Source: Methanobacteriota archaeon
GTDB lineage: Archaea > Thermoplasmatota > Poseidoniia > Poseidoniales > Thalassarchaeaceae
Length of the DNA: 64,000 nt
Assembly (NCBI GenBank): GCA_002726275.1
Contig: PBSO01000025.1
Coordinates: forward strand, 2,147 to 66,146
Reading direction: 5' to 3'
The position numbers were made by a program, and so were the translations under genes. Shown one piece after another: positions 60,757 through 64,000 of the stretch; position 1 is the first letter of the stretch; the number at the start of each line of letters is the position of its first letter. The notes beneath the pieces were generated by a model. It saw only the letters and a list, made by a program, of their open reading frames with translations, ran no database searches and was not told where the DNA came from.

Positions 60757-62310
60757 ATGCCTGCAGACGAAGCTCGGATCGAGGACCTCAGACGAAGAAA
60801 GGCCCAAGCTGAGGCTGGCGGGGGCCAAGCCAGGATTGCCGCTCAACATTCGAAGGGCAAGATGACTGCTAGAGAGAGAATTGGCCAGTTACTTGATGAG
60901 GGTTCTTTCATGGAGGTAGATCCCCTTGTAGAACACCGATGTAGGGACTTTGACATGGACAGGAATGTTATCCCCGGGGACGGAGTTGTGTGTGGTCACG
61001 GCACCATTGATGGGAGGACTGTGTACTGCTTCGCCCAAGATTTCACAGTTTATGGCGGATCTCTTGGAGAGATGCATGGCCTAAAAATATGCAAAATATT
61101 GGATATGGCACTAAAAACTGGTTCTCCAGTAATAGGGCTTAACGATAGTGGCGGGGCGAGAATACAGGAAGGAGTTGCAAGTCTAGGTTCGTATGCGGAG
61201 ATTTTCTTCAGGAATGTTCGAGCTAGTGGCGTTATTCCGCAGATTTCAGTAATAATGGGCCCATGTGCTGGTGGTGCGGTATATTCTCCTGCGATTACAG
61301 ACTTCGTTGTAATGGTTGACAAGACATCTCACATGTTCATAACTGGGCCGGAGGTCATCAAAACGGTCACAAACGAGGAAGTTAGTTTCGAAGACCTAGG
61401 GGGTGCGAGCACTCATGCTAGCAGATCTGGAGTAACTCACTTCACTACGGAAGATGACCAAGAGGCAATTGACGTTGTTAGGGAGTTAGTTGGACTATTG
61501 CCGTCAAACAATCTGGAGAAGCCAGTCCCACTTCCAACATCCGATCCAGTGGAGAGAGTGAGTGAGGAATTACAGGATCTGGTTCCAGATGATCCGAAGA
61601 AACCCTATGACATCATGACTGCAGTGACTGAGGTAGTAGATGATGGGGCATTCCTAGAGGTGCAGCAGGACTTCGCAAGAAACATCGTGGTTGGTTTTGG
61701 AAGGCTGGGCGGCCATACCGTTGGTGTCGTGGCAAATCAACCCGAAGTTCTAGCGGGTTGCTTAGACATTGATGCATCAGTCAAGGCTGCAAGATTCGTT
61801 AGATTCTGTGATGCTTTCAATATACCTTTACTCACGTTCGTAGATGTTCCCGGTTTCTTGCCCGGAGCGAGCCAAGAATGGGGCGGAATAATTAGACACG
61901 GGGCGAAGTTACTCTATGCGTATGCGGAAGCGACCGTGCCGAAACTTACAGTAATTACAAGAAAGGCATATGGTGGTGCCTACGACGTCATGTCTTCAAA
62001 GCATATCAGAGGCGACTACAACGTAGGTTGGCCTACTGCACAGCTGGCTGTTATGGGAGCAGAGGGGGCAGTTCAGATTATTCACAAAAGGAGGATTGAG
62101 TCATCTGGCAATCCCGAACAAGAGAGAGGGAGGCTCGTCGATGACTACACAGAGACGTTTGCAAATCCATACAGGGCCGCTGCCCTCGGCTACCTGGATG
62201 ATGTCATCCAACCCAGGGAGACAAGAATGGTGATGTCGAAAGCACTTGGTGCACTTCTAGAGAAGGAAGAGATTAGACCTGCTCGAAAACACGGCAACAT
62301 CCCACTGTGA
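60757..62310 (+). CDS. pccB: Propionyl-CoA carboxylase beta / acyl-CoA carboxyltransferase
   Basis: [54 protein letters not shown]. Confidence 0.95.
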   Translation: MPADEARIEDLRRRKAQAEAGGGQARIAAQHSKGKMTARERIGQLLDEGSFMEVDPLVEHRCRDFDMDRNVIPGDGVVCGHGTIDGRTVYCFAQDFTVYGGSLGEMHGLKICKILDMALKTGSPVIGLNDSGGARIQEGVASLGSYAEIFFRNVRASGVIPQISVIMGPCAGGAVYSPAITDFVVMVDKTSHMFITGPEVIKTVTNEEVSFEDLGGASTHASRSGVTHFTTEDDQEAIDVVRELVGLLPSNNLEKPVPLPTSDPVERVSEELQDLVPDDPKKPYDIMTAVTEVVDDGAFLEVQQDFARNIVVGFGRLGGHTVGVVANQPEVLAGCLDIDASVKAARFVRFCDAFNIPLLTFVDVPGFLPGASQEWGGIIRHGAKLLYAYAEATVPKLTVITRKAYGGAYDVMSSKHIRGDYNVGWPTAQLAVMGAEGAVQIIHKRRIESSGNPEQERGRLVDDYTETFANPYRAAALGYLDDVIQPRETRMVMSKALGALLEKEEIRPARKHGNIPL

Positions 62311-62318
62311 GGTGAAAA

Positions 62319-62516
62319 ATGACTCCGGAACAAGATGAACAAAAGCTTCTCGCGGCTGCAATTATGGCAGTGATTCATTCAATGGAGGGCGGTGATGCAA
62401 TCGCCCCCTCTTCCTCTAGGGCAAAGGGAGATTCATGGTCCATGGACCACAGAAGAGTTCTCATCGGAAGAAGAAACCTGTTCCGGGCAAGAAGTAGAAG
62501 AAGCACGACTAGGTGA
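62319..62516 (+). CDS. Acyl-CoA carboxylase small (epsilon/PccX-like) subunit
   Basis: AAAIMAVI helix, then W..(D)HR; GAGGTGA RBS; sits between pccB and BCCP. Confidence 0.6.
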   Translation: MTPEQDEQKLLAAAIMAVIHSMEGGDAIAPSSSRAKGDSWSMDHRRVLIGRRNLFRARSRRSTTR

Positions 62517-62520
62517 TTTG

Positions 62521-62928
62521 ATGTCCGAAAAAAGGAAGGTCACGGTTGATGGGGAAGAGTTTGAAGTTATGATCGAGAAAGAAGGAGAGTCGTGGATTGT
62601 CCAGGTGGGGGGAAAGACATTCACAATAGAAATGGGAGAAAATCCCAATAGGGGAAAGGGTGTAAGAAAACCCAGAAATTCAAGAAAGGGGAAGGTCTCT
62701 GGAGTTGTTTCATCGCCCATACCTGGAAAGATTGTGTCCGTCAACATATCAGAAGGCGATGAGGTTAGCGAAGGTGATGTCATCATGGTGCTCGAAGCAA
62801 TGAAAATGCAGAATGAAATTCAGGCACCCATTGGAGGGGTAGTTACTGAATTGAATTGTTCACCTGGAGAGACGATTGAGGCTAATTCCCCCCTCATTGT
62901 AATCGATCCCGGAGAGGATGGGGGTTGA
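62521..62928 (+). CDS. Biotin carboxyl carrier protein
   Basis: SPIPGKI, LEAMKMQNEI biotinylation motif; AGGTGA RBS. Confidence 0.92.
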   Translation: MSEKRKVTVDGEEFEVMIEKEGESWIVQVGGKTFTIEMGENPNRGKGVRKPRNSRKGKVSGVVSSPIPGKIVSVNISEGDEVSEGDVIMVLEAMKMQNEIQAPIGGVVTELNCSPGETIEANSPLIVIDPGEDGG

Positions 62929-62966
62929 ACATATGTATTCAATAGTGAATATACTGGGGGAGTGTT

Positions 62967-63197
62967 GTGCCGACCTGTGATTACCCCGGATGTAAAGTCG
63001 AGGGTACGAAGGTTAGCAGACTTTCTCCCGAGGGTTTCCTAGTAGCTACTGGAAACAAGGCCTACTCATTCAGGGAGGCATACAAGAGATTTCACTACTG
63101 CGGGGAACATCACGATGAATTGATGAAGTCAGTTTGGAATAGGGTTAGGTCAACGGATGGCAAAGGGGATGATCATGTTGCCCCGACTGCTATTTGA
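62967..63197 (+). CDS. Small Zn-finger-like protein
   Basis: CDYPGC...YCGEHH; GGGGAG RBS before GTG; abuts the aIF6 gene. Confidence 0.55.
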   Translation: MPTCDYPGCKVEGTKVSRLSPEGFLVATGNKAYSFREAYKRFHYCGEHHDELMKSVWNRVRSTDGKGDDHVAPTAI

Positions 63198-63866
63198 CTA
63201 AATTAGACCGAGTGCGTCCTCGATCCTATTCAATTCGGGACCGGTCGATCCTTCTCCAACCATGGCGTGATTATCACTAGCCGTACATCCCGCTCCTACG
63301 AATGGGGATCCGAAGCTAACGGTGCCAACCATCAATGGGACCCCTAGTGCGTCTTCTATCACACGAGCCTCTCCGGCTGTAATGTCAGGATGTGCCAGGA
63401 CCCCATTTGAGTTGGCGACCAGCATGCTACCAACCGTGTCATGGTTAGCCACCTTGCTTCTAACAGCATTAACCCCCAGTACCTCGCCTATCATGTCGGA
63501 GCCATTTGGCCCAGGGGGTATCACAGGACTCACTACGGCCCCAATGTCATTACACTCGACTAGGTTTCCAGCGGCATTTACCCCGCTCTGCATCACAACC
63601 ACATCTCCAAAACTAGTCAATTCGTCCAATTCAGCCTCTGTAGCTATGTCAGCAACAGCGATTCCCTTTCTATTCCCCTTTAGTAAACTGCCAATCAAAG
63701 AAGAGCCGCCTACCATGAATGGGTACATTTCCAATTCGAATGAAGATTGTAGCTCATGTTTAGCATCTTCACTCAGGGAGTGAGGGTGAAACAAAACATC
63801 GCCGACAACAGACAGGTAGACACCTACTTGGCTGTGTCCAAGAACGTCGCCTGTTGATATCCCCAT
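63198..63866 (-). CDS. eif6: Translation initiation factor aIF6
   Basis: GSSLIGSL..GN, AGNLVECND, VGSMLVANSNG.L.HP, GTVSFG, TGPEL.RIEDALG. Confidence 0.93.
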   Translation of the reverse strand: MGISTGDVLGHSQVGVYLSVVGDVLFHPHSLSEDAKHELQSSFELEMYPFMVGGSSLIGSLLKGNRKGIAVADIATEAELDELTSFGDVVVMQSGVNAAGNLVECNDIGAVVSPVIPPGPNGSDMIGEVLGVNAVRSKVANHDTVGSMLVANSNGVLAHPDITAGEARVIEDALGVPLMVGTVSFGSPFVGAGCTASDNHAMVGEGSTGPELNRIEDALGLI

Positions 63867-63930
63867 GCCGATCCCTGAGATTCCTGACCGTTGAGGTACT
63901 TGTGACTCTTACTGTTTCGAGTTGCGGGGT

Positions 63931-63966
63931 CCAGGACGCCCCAGATAGTTAACCGGGGCGCCCCGG
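63931..63966 (-). other. 14-bp GC-rich RNA hairpin (8-nt loop)
   Basis: Minus strand CCGGGGCGCCCCGG-UUAACUAU-CUGGGGCGUCCUGG pairs fully with 3 G-U wobbles; the plus strand would have A-C mismatches there. Confidence 0.55.
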
Positions 63967-63978
63967 GGTGAAGTAAAG

Positions 63979-64000
63979 AGGCACAGCGACGAACGTTCCC
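63979..64000 (-). rRNA. Possible 3' end of 5S rRNA (truncated by window edge)
   Basis: Minus strand GGGAACGTTCGTCGCTGTGCCT resembles the archaeal 5S 3' end GGGAA-N6/7-UCGCYG-helix I. Only 22 nt are visible. Confidence 0.35.

Noticed and set aside
1-64000. CRISPR arrays, transposases, integrases, prophage or defence islands
   Set aside because: None seen. The window reads as core chromosome with housekeeping genes throughout; the MazG-like and Mrr-like ORFs lack any defence-type context.

Overview
Densely packed archaeal chromosome segment of ~64 kb, with no mobile element, CRISPR array or prophage. Gene content (FttA/aCPSF1, proteasome beta, eS1, eL30, aIF6, unsplit Rpo2, plus bacterial-type pntAB, thyA-folA, plsC, an M6 protease and PKD surface proteins) points to Marine Group II Thermoplasmatota (Poseidoniales); this is an inference. 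About 65 CDS, tRNA-Pro(TGG), tRNA-Lys(TTT) and possibly the 3' tip of a 5S rRNA at the right edge. Main highlight: an unusual Rieske/cytochrome b6-type operon (51478-57268). Its cytochrome b keeps the heme-ci YCLGG cysteine, its subunit IV is fused to a cytoplasmic HdrC/HdrD-like Fe-S module, it has no CxxCH cytochrome c1/f, and a secreted CxCH Reeler-like protein heads the operon. Second highlight: an RNA polymerase whose Rpo5 and Rpo1C subunits share a duplicated ~55-aa N-terminal domain, and whose Rpo1N carries a ~145-aa Cys4 insertion. Also notable: four paralogous archaeal coiled-coil proteins in one locus, an eS1-SAP fusion, a HemK-biotin ligase fusion and a divergent FtsZ. All calls come from motif recognition by eye; no database searches were run.
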